From: a bacterium | GTDB taxonomy: Bacteria; UBA8248 | NCBI GenBank assembly: GCA_965213625.1 | Contig: CBDBZU010000004.1 | Location: 2,272,001 to 2,336,000, forward strand | Direction of reading: 5' to 3' | DNA: 64,000 nt | Shown here: positions 1-10,912 of the stretch, in pieces | How positions within the stretch are numbered: the first letter of the stretch is position 1 | Layout: each line of letters starts with the position of its first letter | Notes under the pieces: generated by a model | Databases searched by the model: none | The model's input: only the letters and a program-made list of their open reading frames with translations | What the model was told of the DNA's origin: nothing | Position numbers and translations under genes: made by a program

Positions 1-159
1 GCGATTCGGGCCATCGTCGCCGAGGCGCGTAAGGGTGACACCGTGGTCATCGCGGGCAAGGGGCACGAGACGTATCAGATACTGGGGACCGAGCGCACCG
101 CTTTTGATGATCGTAAAGAGGCCCGTACGGCGCTGCGCCTCGCGGGATATGAGAAATGA
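1..159 (+). CDS. murE: UDP-MurNAc-tripeptide ligase, 3' end only (truncated by window)
   Basis: Frame 1 reads ...[18 protein letters not shown]...FDDRKEAR...stop at 157-159; GKGHE..Q and FDDR are MurE C-terminal motifs; overlaps murF start. Confidence 0.9.
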   Translation, partial: AIRAIVAEARKGDTVVIAGKGHETYQILGTERTAFDDRKEARTALRLAGYEK

Positions 160-1571
160 TAGGGGCGGAATCGATGGCGGCAGTTTTCAGCGCAAGTGAG
201 ATCGTGGATGCGATGGGGGGGAAACTCATCCGCGGGGACGGCTCGGCCCACGCCGCTGGAGCAAGCACGGATACGCGCACGCTGGAAGCGGGTGAGCTGT
301 TCATCGCCTTGAAGGGTCCCAATTACGATGGGGCGCAGTTCCTCGCCCAGGCGGTAGAGAAAAAGGCGGCGGGCGTCGTCGTGGAGAAAGACGCGGATGT
401 ACCGGATGGCGGTGAGGTTTTCGTCGTCGAGGTCTCTGACACGCTGAGGGCCTTGGGCGATCTGGCCAGCGCGCACCGTAACTGCTTCGACATCCCCGTG
501 GTGGGAGTGACCGGCAGCAACGGGAAGACGACGACGAAGGAGATGCTCGCGGCGCTGCTCTCTGTCAGGGGCGAGACGTGCAGGAGCCAGGGGAACCTGA
601 ACAACCTGGTGGGTCTGCCGCACCAGGTTCTCCGGTTGGGTGAGGAACACGTATACGCCGTCTTCGAGATGGGAATGAGCGAGGCGGGTGAAATCAGAAG
701 GCTCGCCGAAATCGCCCGGCCCCAGGTCGCCGTCATCACGAACGTAGGGCCTGCGCACATCGAGGGTTTGGGCAGCGTGGAGGCGGTGCGCGATGCGAAG
801 GGCGAAATACTGGAAGCCATGCCCCCGGGCGGCGTTGCCGTGCTCTCGAACGAAGACTCTCACAGCCGTGTTCTGGCCGGGAGATATGAGTCGACGGGCG
901 GGCGCGTGATTCGTTTTGGTTTTTCGCAGGAAAGCGACTTCTGGGCGGATGAGGTACGCATCTCCGCAGATGGCGCGCCCTTTACGCTCTGCTGCCCGGA
1001 AGGCGAGAGGGAGATTCGGCTGAAGGCGCTCGGGCGGCATAACGTCCTGAACGCGCTGGCCGCAGCGGCGTGCGCGTCTGTGCTGGGGGTCGGTCTGGAT
1101 GAGGTGGCTGACGGGCTCTCGCGGGCCGTACTGCCGAAGATGCGATTCCAGGCGCGCGAGATACCCGGACGCAGGGGCGTCCACCTGCTGGATGATTCCT
1201 ACAACGCGAATCCCGCCTCCGTTTCCCAGGCGCTGGAGACAGCACGCGTTCTCAGTGGAGACGGGCGGTTTATATCTGTTCTCGGGGATATGGCGGAGCT
1301 GGGACCGGTCGCCGAGAGCGCGCACCGCGAAGTGGGCCGGCAAATGGCTGCTTGCGGCGTGGACCTGTTCGTGGGCGTGGGGCCGCTGATGAGGTTCGCA
1401 TCCGAGGAGGCGCGCCGCGCAGGTATGGATGGTGCCCGAGTCATGAATTTCGACACGCCGGAGCAGGCCGCTGCCTCACTGGGCGAAAAGCTCCTCTCCG
1501 GTGACTGGGTTTTGGTGAAGGGGTCGCGCTCGATGATGATGGAGCGCGTCATTGAAGGACTCGAATTCTGA
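156..1571 (+). CDS. murF: UDP-MurNAc-tripeptide--D-Ala-D-Ala ligase
   Basis: [14 protein letters not shown]-loop, [24 protein letters not shown] motifs; dcw position. Confidence 0.95.
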   Translation: MIGAESMAAVFSASEIVDAMGGKLIRGDGSAHAAGASTDTRTLEAGELFIALKGPNYDGAQFLAQAVEKKAAGVVVEKDADVPDGGEVFVVEVSDTLRALGDLASAHRNCFDIPVVGVTGSNGKTTTKEMLAALLSVRGETCRSQGNLNNLVGLPHQVLRLGEEHVYAVFEMGMSEAGEIRRLAEIARPQVAVITNVGPAHIEGLGSVEAVRDAKGEILEAMPPGGVAVLSNEDSHSRVLAGRYESTGGRVIRFGFSQESDFWADEVRISADGAPFTLCCPEGEREIRLKALGRHNVLNALAAAACASVLGVGLDEVADGLSRAVLPKMRFQAREIPGRRGVHLLDDSYNANPASVSQALETARVLSGDGRFISVLGDMAELGPVAESAHREVGRQMAACGVDLFVGVGPLMRFASEEARRAGMDGARVMNFDTPEQAAASLGEKLLSGDWVLVKGSRSMMMERVIEGLEF

Positions 1572-2656
1572 TGCTTTATTCCGCTTTCATTTCGATGAGT
1601 GAGACGATTTCGGCGCTCAACGTGTTCCGTTTCATCACGTTCAGGACGGCGATGGCGGTGCTCACGGCCCTCGTCATGTCGTTGTTGTTGGGGCCTCTCC
1701 TCATACGTTATCTGCAGAAACGTCAAATCGGCGAAGTCATCCGCGACGATGGCCCCCAGACCCACTTGGCGAAAAAAGGAACGCCGACGATGGGTGGGCT
1801 TCTCATCCTCTTGTGCGTGGCCGTGCCGGTTCTGCTCTGGAACGAACTCACAAACGGCTACATCTGGCTCGCTCTGTTCGTTCTGCTTGCCTTCGGCATC
1901 CTGGGATTCTGGGACGATTACAAGAAAGTGATGCGCAACGATAAAAACGGCGTAAGACCCTCCATGAAGTTTCTGGCCCAGGGAATCATCGGCCTGGCCG
2001 TGGGATATGCCCTGTATAGCGGAATCACGGGAGCGGATTTCAAACCCGTCGTCATGCTGCCTTTTTTCAAGAACGTGCAACCCGACATCGGGATATGGTT
2101 TGTTCCCTACGCCGCTCTCGTCATCGTTTCGACGAGCAACGCCGTGAATCTCACGGATGGCCTCGATGGCCTCGCCATCGGCCCGCTGCTGATAGCGGCG
2201 GGAGCGTATCTCGTTTTCAGCTATGTCTCGGGACATGCAGGCATTTCGAAGTATTTGCTGATTCTCCATGTTCGGGGCGCGGGAGAGCTGGCCATCGTCT
2301 GCGGCGCCATGTTCGGCGCGGGGCTTGGTTTCTTGTGGTTCAACGCATATCCGGCGCAGGTGTTCATGGGCGATGTGGGCGCGCTCTCGCTGGGCGCTCT
2401 GCTGGCCACGATAGCGCTTTCGATCAAGCAGGAACTCCTCTTGTTTCTGGTGGGCGGTTTGTTCGTCATCGAGACGCTTTCGGTCATCGTGCAGGTGGTT
2501 TCATTCAAGCTCACCGGTCGGCGCGTGTTCCGCATGGCGCCCTTGCACCATCACTACGAGGAGGAGGGTTGGTCCGAACCCAAGGTGACGGTCCGTTTCT
2601 GGATAGTGGCGGTCGTTTTGGCCCTGATGAGTTTGGCGACGCTCAAGCTGAGATGA
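1571..2656 (+). CDS. mraY: Phospho-MurNAc-pentapeptide transferase
   Basis: KKGTPTMGG, DDY, NAVNLTDGLDGLA, FMGDVG, MAPLHHHYE motifs; many TM segments. Confidence 0.97.
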   Translation: MLYSAFISMSETISALNVFRFITFRTAMAVLTALVMSLLLGPLLIRYLQKRQIGEVIRDDGPQTHLAKKGTPTMGGLLILLCVAVPVLLWNELTNGYIWLALFVLLAFGILGFWDDYKKVMRNDKNGVRPSMKFLAQGIIGLAVGYALYSGITGADFKPVVMLPFFKNVQPDIGIWFVPYAALVIVSTSNAVNLTDGLDGLAIGPLLIAAGAYLVFSYVSGHAGISKYLLILHVRGAGELAIVCGAMFGAGLGFLWFNAYPAQVFMGDVGALSLGALLATIALSIKQELLLFLVGGLFVIETLSVIVQVVSFKLTGRRVFRMAPLHHHYEEEGWSEPKVTVRFWIVAVVLALMSLATLKLR

Positions 2657-4050
2657 GGAATCTTGTTTTGGACAACAAGGCCACGGCGTGGATAGAAGCG
2701 CTGCCTGCGCGGCGAGCGCTCGTCATGGGAATGGCGAGGAGCGGAATAGCCGCGGCGGGGGCGCTGGCGCGCATGGGAGCGGATGTGGTGGCCACGGATT
2801 TGGCGGAAATCCCGGGTCTGGAAGAAAGCCTGCCATCGGGCGTGGTTCTCGAACTCGGAGGCCATAGCGAGGCGCGTTTCGAAGCGTGCGACCTGCTTGT
2901 GGTGAGTCCGGGAATTCCGGCAACGAATCGCTACATTGCACTGGCGAAGGCGTCGGGCGCCGAAGTGATCGGCGAGGTGGAACTCGCCTGCCGACTTTGC
3001 GCAGCGCCTATCGCCGCCGTCACCGGAACGAATGGCAAAACGACGGTCACCACGATGCTCGGAAGAATTCTGGAGGAAAGCGGACTTCACGCTCCAGTAG
3101 GCGGAAATATCGGAAAAGCGCTTGTGGAGGTGGTGGAAGCCGAAGGCGATGAGGCGGATTTCATCGTCGGCGAAGTGAGCAGCTTTCAACTCGAATGGGC
3201 GCCGACGATCAAGCCGAAAGTCGGCGTGATGACCAACGTGACACCCGACCATCTGGATAGGCATCCGGATATCGATGAATACGCAGCCCTCAAGGCGAGG
3301 CTGTTCGCCAACCAGGGGGAGGGAGACGCCAAGATTCTCAATGCCGAGGATCCCGTGACGGCGCGGTATATGACCCCAGGCCCGCAGAGCGTCCTGGCGT
3401 TCAGCCGAAAGGGTCGAGTGCGCCGGGGCGCTTATGTCGAAAATGGCGATGTAATATTGGCCGGTGATTACTGTGCCACCCGCGTTTGTGGTACGGACGA
3501 ACTTTTTGTCCCCGGCCTTCATAATCTGGAAAATTTTCTGGCGGCATGCGCGGCGGCTCATTTTCTGGGGGCGGACACCGAGGCGATGGCGCGCGTGGCG
3601 CGCAGCTTCAAGGGCCTGCCCCACCGCATGGAGGTCGTTGGCGAAATCGGGGACGTTCACTGGGTGAACGATTCGAAGGGAACGAACGTGGGCGCCACGG
3701 CGATGAGCCTCGAAAGTGTAGCGGGGGATGTGATTCTCATTGCCGGAGGCGTGGACAAAGGGAGCGACCTCGCGCCCTTGCGCGACGTGGTGGAGAAGAA
3801 GGTCCGGCGCCTGATTCTCATTGGCGAGGCGGCGGAGCGCTTTGGGCGTTTTTTCGATGGATGCGCGCCGATTGCCTATGCCGAATCGCTGGATGAAGCC
3901 GTGCGCATCGCAAGTGAGGAGGCGCGTGAGGGCGATACTGTTCTTCTCTCGCCCGCTTGTTCGAGTTTCGATCAGTTTCGCGATTACGCCCACCGGGGCG
4001 ACGCGTTCCGACAGATGGCGCAGGAACTGACGGGGAGGGATGCGAATTGA
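2653..4050 (+). CDS. murD: UDP-MurNAc-L-Ala--D-Glu ligase
   Basis: ATG overlapping mraY stop (ATGA); VTGTNGKTT, EVSSFQLE, DHLDRH, NDSKGTN, LLSPACSSFDQF. Confidence 0.95.
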   Translation: MRNLVLDNKATAWIEALPARRALVMGMARSGIAAAGALARMGADVVATDLAEIPGLEESLPSGVVLELGGHSEARFEACDLLVVSPGIPATNRYIALAKASGAEVIGEVELACRLCAAPIAAVTGTNGKTTVTTMLGRILEESGLHAPVGGNIGKALVEVVEAEGDEADFIVGEVSSFQLEWAPTIKPKVGVMTNVTPDHLDRHPDIDEYAALKARLFANQGEGDAKILNAEDPVTARYMTPGPQSVLAFSRKGRVRRGAYVENGDVILAGDYCATRVCGTDELFVPGLHNLENFLAACAAAHFLGADTEAMARVARSFKGLPHRMEVVGEIGDVHWVNDSKGTNVGATAMSLESVAGDVILIAGGVDKGSDLAPLRDVVEKKVRRLILIGEAAERFGRFFDGCAPIAYAESLDEAVRIASEEAREGDTVLLSPACSSFDQFRDYAHRGDAFRQMAQELTGRDAN

Positions 4051-5234
4051 TCCACAAGCGTATCGACCCCGTCATCTTTTTCGTCTCGCTGGGGCTGGTG
4101 GCTTTCGGCGTCGTCATGGTGTTCAGCGCGAGCCACATTCTCGCGCTGGACAGGTACGGCGATGCGTTCTACTTCGTGAAACGCCATGTTTTATGGGCCG
4201 TTATCGGGTTCGCCTGCATGCTGGCCATCTCACAAATGGACCCCCAGCACCTCCGCAAGATCGCATATCCCTTAATGATCGCCTTGGTTCTCGCGCTATT
4301 GATGGTGTTCGCACCGGGTATCGGGAAAGAGGCGGGCGGCGCGCGCAGGTGGCTGATGCTGGGTCCTGTTTCCTTCCAGCCGGCCGAAGCCGCAAAAGTA
4401 GGATTGGTGATATTTCTCGCGCACTTCTTGGCGCTCAAGGGCGAGCGCTTGAATCTTTGGATGTACGGATTCCTCCCGCCCGTCGGATTCGCTGGAATCA
4501 TCTTGGGTCTCATGCTGATCCAGCCGGATTTGGGTACGGCCACCCTGACCGCTGCCGTCGTCGGCGTTTTGTTGTACCTGGCGGGTGCGCGGCTGTCTCA
4601 TCTAGGCGTTTGCGCACTGGCGACGGGATTCGTCCTGGCGGGCATGGTGGTCTTCGCACCCTGGCGCATGAAGCGGATTTTCGCTTTCTGGGATCCCTTC
4701 GCCGCGGCGAAAGGAGCGGGCTATCAACTCATTCAGTCTCTGCTGGCCATCGCGAGAGGCGGCCTCCCGGGACTCGGCTTGGGCGAGGGCAAGCAAAAGC
4801 TCTTCTATCTGCCCGAACCTCATACCGATTTCATCTACGCGGTCGTGGGCGAGGAGTTGGGGCTCATCGGCGCTTTGTGCGTCGCGGCGGCGTTCGTGGT
4901 CTTGCTTTGGCGCGGGTTCCAGATAGCCGCGCGCTGCGAAGATTCCTTCAGCGCCCTGTTGGCGGCGGGCGTGACGTTCCTGGTCACGGCCCAAGGGTTT
5001 TTGAACATGGCGGTGGCGACGGGTCTTCTGCCCACAACGGGCATACCGCTGCCCCTGATCAGCCTGGGGGGTTCGTCTCTGGTGTTTACGCTCATTTCTC
5101 TGGGACTGCTGATTTCCATCGAATCGACGCATCACGCTTCCAGGCAGCCCGGGCCGGGGAGCCCGCTCGACGCGGCAATCGGGTGGATTTCGCGCACGCG
5201 CAAGCCGATCACCCGCAGGAGGGCGAACACATGA
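4047..5234 (+). CDS. ftsW: SEDS peptidoglycan polymerase FtsW
   Basis: GARRW, FQPAE, QPDLG, GYQ, LPEPHTDFI, LPTTGIPLPLISLGGSS; TTG start overlapping murD stop is inferred. Confidence 0.93.
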   Translation: MIHKRIDPVIFFVSLGLVAFGVVMVFSASHILALDRYGDAFYFVKRHVLWAVIGFACMLAISQMDPQHLRKIAYPLMIALVLALLMVFAPGIGKEAGGARRWLMLGPVSFQPAEAAKVGLVIFLAHFLALKGERLNLWMYGFLPPVGFAGIILGLMLIQPDLGTATLTAAVVGVLLYLAGARLSHLGVCALATGFVLAGMVVFAPWRMKRIFAFWDPFAAAKGAGYQLIQSLLAIARGGLPGLGLGEGKQKLFYLPEPHTDFIYAVVGEELGLIGALCVAAAFVVLLWRGFQIAARCEDSFSALLAAGVTFLVTAQGFLNMAVATGLLPTTGIPLPLISLGGSSLVFTLISLGLLISIESTHHASRQPGPGSPLDAAIGWISRTRKPITRRRANT

Positions 5235-6316
5235 GGCTTCTCGTAGCGGGCGGCGGCACGGGTGGACACCTCTACCCGGGCATTGCGGTGGCGAAAGCCT
5301 GGCTGGCGGACGGGGAGACGAACGATGTTTTGTTCGTGGGCACGGCGCGCGGGATCGAGACCAGGGTGCTGCCGCGTGAGAACCTGCCGTTTCAGGCGAT
5401 TTCCTCCGCCGGCGTGCTGGGACGCTCGATGGCCCAAAGAGCCAAGGCGTTGGCCATGGTGAGCTATGGATTCTGCCAGGCCATGGGGATTATCCGGCGC
5501 TTTCGCCCCCATGTCGTTTTGGGGGTAGGCGGCTATTCGAGCGTTCCCTCGGTCGCAGCGGCGGGCCTTTGGAGAAAGCCGATTGTCCTGATCGAGCAGA
5601 ACGTCGTTCCCGGCGTGGCGAACCGCCTGCTCTCACGTTTCGCATCCAAGGTGGCCGTGGGTCTGCCCGTGCGCGACGCCGGTTTCGCTCGCGGAAAAAT
5701 CGTCGAGACGGGCCTGCCGCTCAGGAGCGAGTTTTCGGAAAATTTCGAGCGCGGAGAGGACTCCTGGAACGGGCCCTTGAAGGTGCTCATATTCGGCGGG
5801 AGCCAGGGAGCGCGGGCTATCAACGAGGCCGTGATGGAGGCGCTGCCCCTCATGGGAGACGCACTCGGAAGAATGCGGTTTGTTCACCAGACGGGAGAGG
5901 CGGATTTCTCCCGCGTGAGTGCGGCTTATCAAGAAGTCGGCGCTCATGCGGACGTGGCGCCTTACCTGTACGACATGGCGGAGCGGTATCGCTGGGCGCA
6001 GGTATGTTTCTCGCGTGCGGGAGCGATGAGTGTGGCGGAATTATCCGCCATGTCGCTTCCCGCCGTGTTGATTCCGCTGCCCAGCGCCACCCACGGACAT
6101 CAGGAGGCGAACGCCCGCTATCTCGCCGAGCGCGAAGCGGCGCGGATGATACTTCAAGAAGACTTGAGCGGCCGGGTTCTGGCGGATATCTGGCTCGAAT
6201 ACGAGGCGGAGCGCGGAAAGCTCGTCTCCATGTCGGAGCGAACGAAAGCCCTGGCCCGCTCGAACGCCTCGGAAGCTGTGGCCGTCTTGTGCCGTCAAGA
6301 GGCGATGGCGGCGTGA
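5231..6316 (+). CDS. murG: Lipid I GlcNAc transferase
   Basis: AGGGTGGHLYPG, GVGGYSS, EQN, FGGSQGA, HQEANA; ATG at 5231 overlaps ftsW stop. Confidence 0.96.
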   Translation: MRLLVAGGGTGGHLYPGIAVAKAWLADGETNDVLFVGTARGIETRVLPRENLPFQAISSAGVLGRSMAQRAKALAMVSYGFCQAMGIIRRFRPHVVLGVGGYSSVPSVAAAGLWRKPIVLIEQNVVPGVANRLLSRFASKVAVGLPVRDAGFARGKIVETGLPLRSEFSENFERGEDSWNGPLKVLIFGGSQGARAINEAVMEALPLMGDALGRMRFVHQTGEADFSRVSAAYQEVGAHADVAPYLYDMAERYRWAQVCFSRAGAMSVAELSAMSLPAVLIPLPSATHGHQEANARYLAEREAARMILQEDLSGRVLADIWLEYEAERGKLVSMSERTKALARSNASEAVAVLCRQEAMAA

Positions 6317-6335
6317 TGAGGAAAGGAGCCCGAGA

Positions 6336-7766
6336 GTGATAGCGCGACCCTACGCCACACACGCCATGTTCAGGCACTCGAGCCGCGTTCATTTCGTGGG
6401 CATCGGCGGGACGGGCATGTGCGGCATCGCCGAGGTCTTGCTGAACCTGGGCTATGAGATCAGCGGCTCGGACATCGCGAGCAACGAGGCGATATTCAGG
6501 CTCCGCGGCCTGGGCGCGAAGGTGGTTCTGGGACACAGGAAGGAAAACGTGGTGGGAGTGGACGTTTTGGTCTACAGCTCGGCGGTTACGGGCGACAACG
6601 TGGAAGTCGCCGAAGCGCGGCGGCGGAAAATCCCCGTCATCAAGCGCGCGGAAATGTTGTCCGAACTCATGCGTATGAAATACGGCATCGGCGTAGCCGG
6701 GACGCACGGCAAGACGACCACCACGTCGTTCATCGCGGCGGCCCTGGCGGTCGGCGGCCTCGACCCCACGGTCGTCGTGGGAGGACGCATCAACGCCCTG
6801 GGTTCGAACGCGCGAATGGGAGAGGGCGAGTATCTGGTGGCGGAGGCCGATGAGAGCGACGGCACGTTCTTGAGGCTCACGCCCACCATAGCGATCGTGA
6901 CGAACATCGACGAGGAGCATCTCGATTTTTACGAGAATTACGACGCCATCAAGACCGCGTTCTTAGAGTTCGTGAACAAGGTGCCCTTCTACGGTTTTTC
7001 GGTCTTGTGCCTGGATCATCCCGCGATCCAAGAGATCATCCCCCACGTGGAGAAGCAGTTCTTCACCTACGGGTTCGGCACCCAAGCGGATTACGTGGGC
7101 GAGGAGTTTCGCTACGAAAACGGCGAGGCGGTCTTTGGCGTCAAGCGAGGTGGAGAGCGCCTCGGCGAGATTCGCCTCCTCATGCCCGGTCGCCACAACG
7201 CGGACAACGCGCTGGCCGCCGTCGCCGTCTCGATGGAACTCGACGTCTCCTTCGAGGACATCCAAAAAGGACTCCACGAGTTTGACGGCATCGGCCGTCG
7301 CCTGGAGCAGGTCGGTGAAACGTCGGGCGTCACGGTTTTCGATGACTACGGGCACCATCCCCAGGAGATTAAGGTCACGCTCCGCGCCGTTCGCGAGGCA
7401 TGGCCGGAAAACCGCCTGGTGGTGCTGTTTCAGCCGCATCGCTATACGAGAACGCATCATCTCGAAGAAGCCTTCCACACCGCCTTTTACGATGCCGACA
7501 GGGTGCTCGTCGCGCCGATATACGCCGCCGGCGAGCCGTCTATCGAGGGGGTAAGTTCGGAAAAACTCGCCGAGGGCATCAGAGCGCATGGACATAGAAG
7601 CTGTGAGGCGGCAGAGGGATTGGAGGACGCCTCGAATCGCCTGTTCGAGGAGGCGAGGAGCGGCGACATCGTTCTCACGCTGGGTGCGGGCGACGTCTGG
7701 AAGGCGGGCCGGGAGTTGCTCGAAAAACTCGAACGCAGAGACGGCGAATCAGAGGAAGCGGTATGA
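6336..7766 (+). CDS. murC: UDP-MurNAc--L-Ala ligase
   Basis: HFVGIGGTGM, AGTHGKTTTT, EADESD, DDYGHHP, FQPHRYTR. Confidence 0.97.
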   Translation: MIARPYATHAMFRHSSRVHFVGIGGTGMCGIAEVLLNLGYEISGSDIASNEAIFRLRGLGAKVVLGHRKENVVGVDVLVYSSAVTGDNVEVAEARRRKIPVIKRAEMLSELMRMKYGIGVAGTHGKTTTTSFIAAALAVGGLDPTVVVGGRINALGSNARMGEGEYLVAEADESDGTFLRLTPTIAIVTNIDEEHLDFYENYDAIKTAFLEFVNKVPFYGFSVLCLDHPAIQEIIPHVEKQFFTYGFGTQADYVGEEFRYENGEAVFGVKRGGERLGEIRLLMPGRHNADNALAAVAVSMELDVSFEDIQKGLHEFDGIGRRLEQVGETSGVTVFDDYGHHPQEIKVTLRAVREAWPENRLVVLFQPHRYTRTHHLEEAFHTAFYDADRVLVAPIYAAGEPSIEGVSSEKLAEGIRAHGHRSCEAAEGLEDASNRLFEEARSGDIVLTLGAGDVWKAGRELLEKLERRDGESEEAV

Positions 7767-8716
7767 GCATCGGGTCGGCGGAGGAAGTCATGGCGCTGGA
7801 GATGGCGGAAAAGCTCAAGGGTCTCGATTGCGAGATTCTTTACGATGAGATGCTGGCCGCGTACACCACGTATCAGGTGGGCGGCCCGGCGGACGCCCTC
7901 GCGCTGCCGAAGTCGGAAGATGAACTTGTGGCGTTGATCCAGAGATGCCGGAGCGAGGCGCTGCCGGTAACGTTATTGGGCGGCGGCGCCAATACCCTGG
8001 TGCGCGACGGAGGCGTTCGCGGCGTAGTCATTGCTTTCCCAAAGGCTTTCAGGGGAATCGAAGTGCTCGATGAGAGTACGGAGCGCGTACTGATCGAAGC
8101 ACGCGCGGGAGAGAAGATTCCGGCGCTGGTCCGCTTCGCCGCCGAGCGTGGCTGGGCGGGAACCGAATGTCTGGCGGGTGTTCCCGGCACCGTGGGAGGC
8201 GCGCTGGCTATGAACGCGGGCACCGCCGAATCATACATCGAAGACGCCGTGGAGAGTGTTCGCTGGATGCCTCTGGATGGGGAAGTTCCAGAGTGGCTCC
8301 CCGCGAGGGGCTTGCGTTTCTCGTACCGGCGCGCCGAATTGCCCGCTCCGGGCGTGGTGTTGGCCGTTCGCTTCTCGCTACGGCCGGCGCACGTCGTCAC
8401 ATTGCGGGAGCATTTGAGACGAAGCGCTGTCCAAAGACGGGAGCGTCAGCCCTGGGGTGTGCCTTGCGCCGGGTCCATATTCAAGAATCCACCCGGTGAG
8501 CGAGCAGGCGTGCTCATCGAATCGGCGGGCCTCAAAGGGATGCGCGTCGGTGGCGCGCAGGTGAGCGAGGTGCACGGGAATTTCATGGTGAATCTCGGCG
8601 GGGCCACGGCGGCGGATGTTCTGGCGCTCATCGGCGAGGTGAAAGGAACGATTCTGGAGCAAAAGGGCATCACGTTGGACCTGGAGTTGAACATCATCGG
8701 GGAGGACCCGGCGTGA
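7763..8716 (+). CDS. murB: UDP-N-acetylenolpyruvoylglucosamine reductase
   Basis: GGPAD, GVPGTVGGALAMNAG, AGSIFKNP, HGNFMVN. Confidence 0.95.
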   Translation: MSIGSAEEVMALEMAEKLKGLDCEILYDEMLAAYTTYQVGGPADALALPKSEDELVALIQRCRSEALPVTLLGGGANTLVRDGGVRGVVIAFPKAFRGIEVLDESTERVLIEARAGEKIPALVRFAAERGWAGTECLAGVPGTVGGALAMNAGTAESYIEDAVESVRWMPLDGEVPEWLPARGLRFSYRRAELPAPGVVLAVRFSLRPAHVVTLREHLRRSAVQRRERQPWGVPCAGSIFKNPPGERAGVLIESAGLKGMRVGGAQVSEVHGNFMVNLGGATAADVLALIGEVKGTILEQKGITLDLELNIIGEDPA

Positions 8717-9627
8717 GGCGTTTATCGTTCAAATTGCGAGGGAAAGCCGAGGGCCGGGAAATTTTTCTGAATCTCGCCCAAACGGCCGAATATCCTGGCA
8801 TCGTCAGGAAAAAAGTCGAGCGAGACGGCAAGAAAAGAGTCAGGCGAAAAGGCAATGAGAGTACAAGTGGACACTGGATATGGCCCGCAATCGGTTTTTT
8901 GGTTTTCGTAGAAGTGCTTCTCCTGGGTGGGCACGCTGTCCACTGGGCGAGAAACACCCGCCATTTCGAGTTGAGCAAGGTGGTTGTGCTGGGACAGCAG
9001 ACGCTTCAGGCCGAGGAAATCAGAAAACTCGTTGGAATCGAGGCGGGGATGAACATATTCGACGCCGATTTGTCGGCCGTTCGCCAGCGCGTGGCATCTC
9101 ATCCGTGGATAAAGCGCGCGAGCGTGCGCATGCGCCCGCCCCATTTCCTTCAGGTCGACATCCTCGAGCGCAAACCCGCAGCACTTATCGTGGGCCGTGA
9201 GACGCTCGTGGTGGATGAAGATGGCGTCGTGCTCGGCAAACCCGTGACGCCGCTCGCTGGATGCCTGCCCATGGTCGAGGGATTCGACTCGCGGCGTTGG
9301 CGTCCGGGCGACGTGGTTCGTGACCCGCGCCTGGCGCGCTCCATAGAGGCAGTTTTTTTCTTCCAGGATTCTCCGGTGATTCGCGGCGAGTGCATTTCCG
9401 TCCGAAATACCGGACCTGGTCAACTCCGGCTTCGCGCCTTGGAGGGAAAAGTGGAACTTATGGTCAGTGAAGAGAGGATGGAGAGTCAGGCCGGTCGGCT
9501 CCGGGCCGTTGCGGATGACGTTCTCCTCCAGGAGAAATTCGGAGCGGGTGGCCTGCAATTCGATCTGAGATTTCCCGGCAGGGTTATCCTTCGGCCGCTC
9601 ACAAAGGATGGAGGGACAACAGGATGA
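8713..9627 (+). CDS. ftsQ: Cell division protein FtsQ/DivIB
   Basis: Basic N-terminus, one TM, POTRA-like segment (HPWIKRASV...ERKP), C-terminal DLRFPG; precedes ftsA; start uncertain. Confidence 0.85.
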   Translation: MRRLSFKLRGKAEGREIFLNLAQTAEYPGIVRKKVERDGKKRVRRKGNESTSGHWIWPAIGFLVFVEVLLLGGHAVHWARNTRHFELSKVVVLGQQTLQAEEIRKLVGIEAGMNIFDADLSAVRQRVASHPWIKRASVRMRPPHFLQVDILERKPAALIVGRETLVVDEDGVVLGKPVTPLAGCLPMVEGFDSRRWRPGDVVRDPRLARSIEAVFFFQDSPVIRGECISVRNTGPGQLRLRALEGKVELMVSEERMESQAGRLRAVADDVLLQEKFGAGGLQFDLRFPGRVILRPLTKDGGTTG

Positions 9628-10865
9628 GCAAACAAGGCGACGTGCTGGTGGGTCTGGACATCGGCACCTCGAAAATCTGTGTGGTCGTGGCCGAAGTGAG
9701 CGAGGACGGTTCCCTTGAAATCGTAGGATTGGGGAAAACCGCCTCGAAAGGGCTCAACCGGGGCTCTGTGGTGAACATCGATCAGACGGTGGAGTCGGTC
9801 CAAACGGCGGTGGGAGAGGCGGAGTTCATCAGCGGCTCGCCCATTCGCTCCGCGTTCGTCGGTGTGGCGGGAGGACACATCCGCAGCTTCAACACGAACG
9901 GCATCGTAGCGATCAAGAGCAAGATCGTGACGCAAGAGGATATCGATCGCGTTGTCGAGCAGGCGCGCGCGGTCACGATGCCGACGGATCACGAAATCAT
10001 CCATGTGCTGCCGCAAGAATATATCGTCGACGATCAGGAGGGCGTCACCGAACCGGCGGGTATGGCGGGCGTTCGCCTGGAGTGCAAGGTTCACGTCGTG
10101 ACGGGGTCCATCCCTGCGATTCAGAACATCACGCGCAGTGTCGAGAGAGCGGGCCTGGTTGTCGAGCGACTGGTTCTTCAGCCCTTCGCCTCATCGCTTG
10201 CTGCGCTGAGCGAAGACGAGCGTGACCTGGGCGTGGCTGTCGTGGACATCGGAAGCGGCACATCGGACGTCGCCGTCGTCAGCGGGGGCGCGCTGCGCTA
10301 TTCGGCCGTCATCCCCGTAGGCGGCAGCCACATCACGAGGGACATGGCGATAGGATTGCGGACGCCGGACTACCAGGCGGAGCGGATCAAGCAGGAACAC
10401 GGCTGCGCCCTGGCCGCCCGGGTATCGAACGACGAGGAGATTGAAGTGCCGAGCGTGGGAGGTCGTCCGCCGCGCGTGCTGAGCCGACAGATGCTCGCCG
10501 AGATCATCGAGCCCCGGATGGAGGAGATATTAACGCTCATCCGCCGCGAGATCCAGAAAAGCGGCATGGAGGATCTCCTGCCCGCGGGCGTCGTGCTCAC
10601 GGGTGGAGCGAGCATCATCGAGGGTATTGAAGAACTGGCGGAGAATGTGCTTCAGCTTCCGGTGAGGCTGGGTATTCCCAGTGGCATTAGCGGGTTGGTG
10701 GATATGGTCAACGGACCCATGTATTCCACCGGCGTGGGCCTCGTGATGTACGCCATGAAAACGGGCGCCTCGAGACGCCGCGGTCTCGGGAACGGAGCAT
10801 CGAATGGCCCGATTCGCCAAACAACACAAAAAATCCGCCATGTTTTGGCTAGCGTATTCAAATGA
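9624..10865 (+). CDS. ftsA: Cell division protein FtsA
   Basis: GLDIGTSKI, VDIGSGTSD, VVLTGG, YSTGVGL. Confidence 0.97.
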   Translation: MSKQGDVLVGLDIGTSKICVVVAEVSEDGSLEIVGLGKTASKGLNRGSVVNIDQTVESVQTAVGEAEFISGSPIRSAFVGVAGGHIRSFNTNGIVAIKSKIVTQEDIDRVVEQARAVTMPTDHEIIHVLPQEYIVDDQEGVTEPAGMAGVRLECKVHVVTGSIPAIQNITRSVERAGLVVERLVLQPFASSLAALSEDERDLGVAVVDIGSGTSDVAVVSGGALRYSAVIPVGGSHITRDMAIGLRTPDYQAERIKQEHGCALAARVSNDEEIEVPSVGGRPPRVLSRQMLAEIIEPRMEEILTLIRREIQKSGMEDLLPAGVVLTGGASIIEGIEELAENVLQLPVRLGIPSGISGLVDMVNGPMYSTGVGLVMYAMKTGASRRRGLGNGASNGPIRQTTQKIRHVLASVFK

Positions 10866-10912
10866 TCGTGAGGGGAGGCGGGAGGCGCTTCCCGGGATCG
10901 AAGGGGGGGAGA

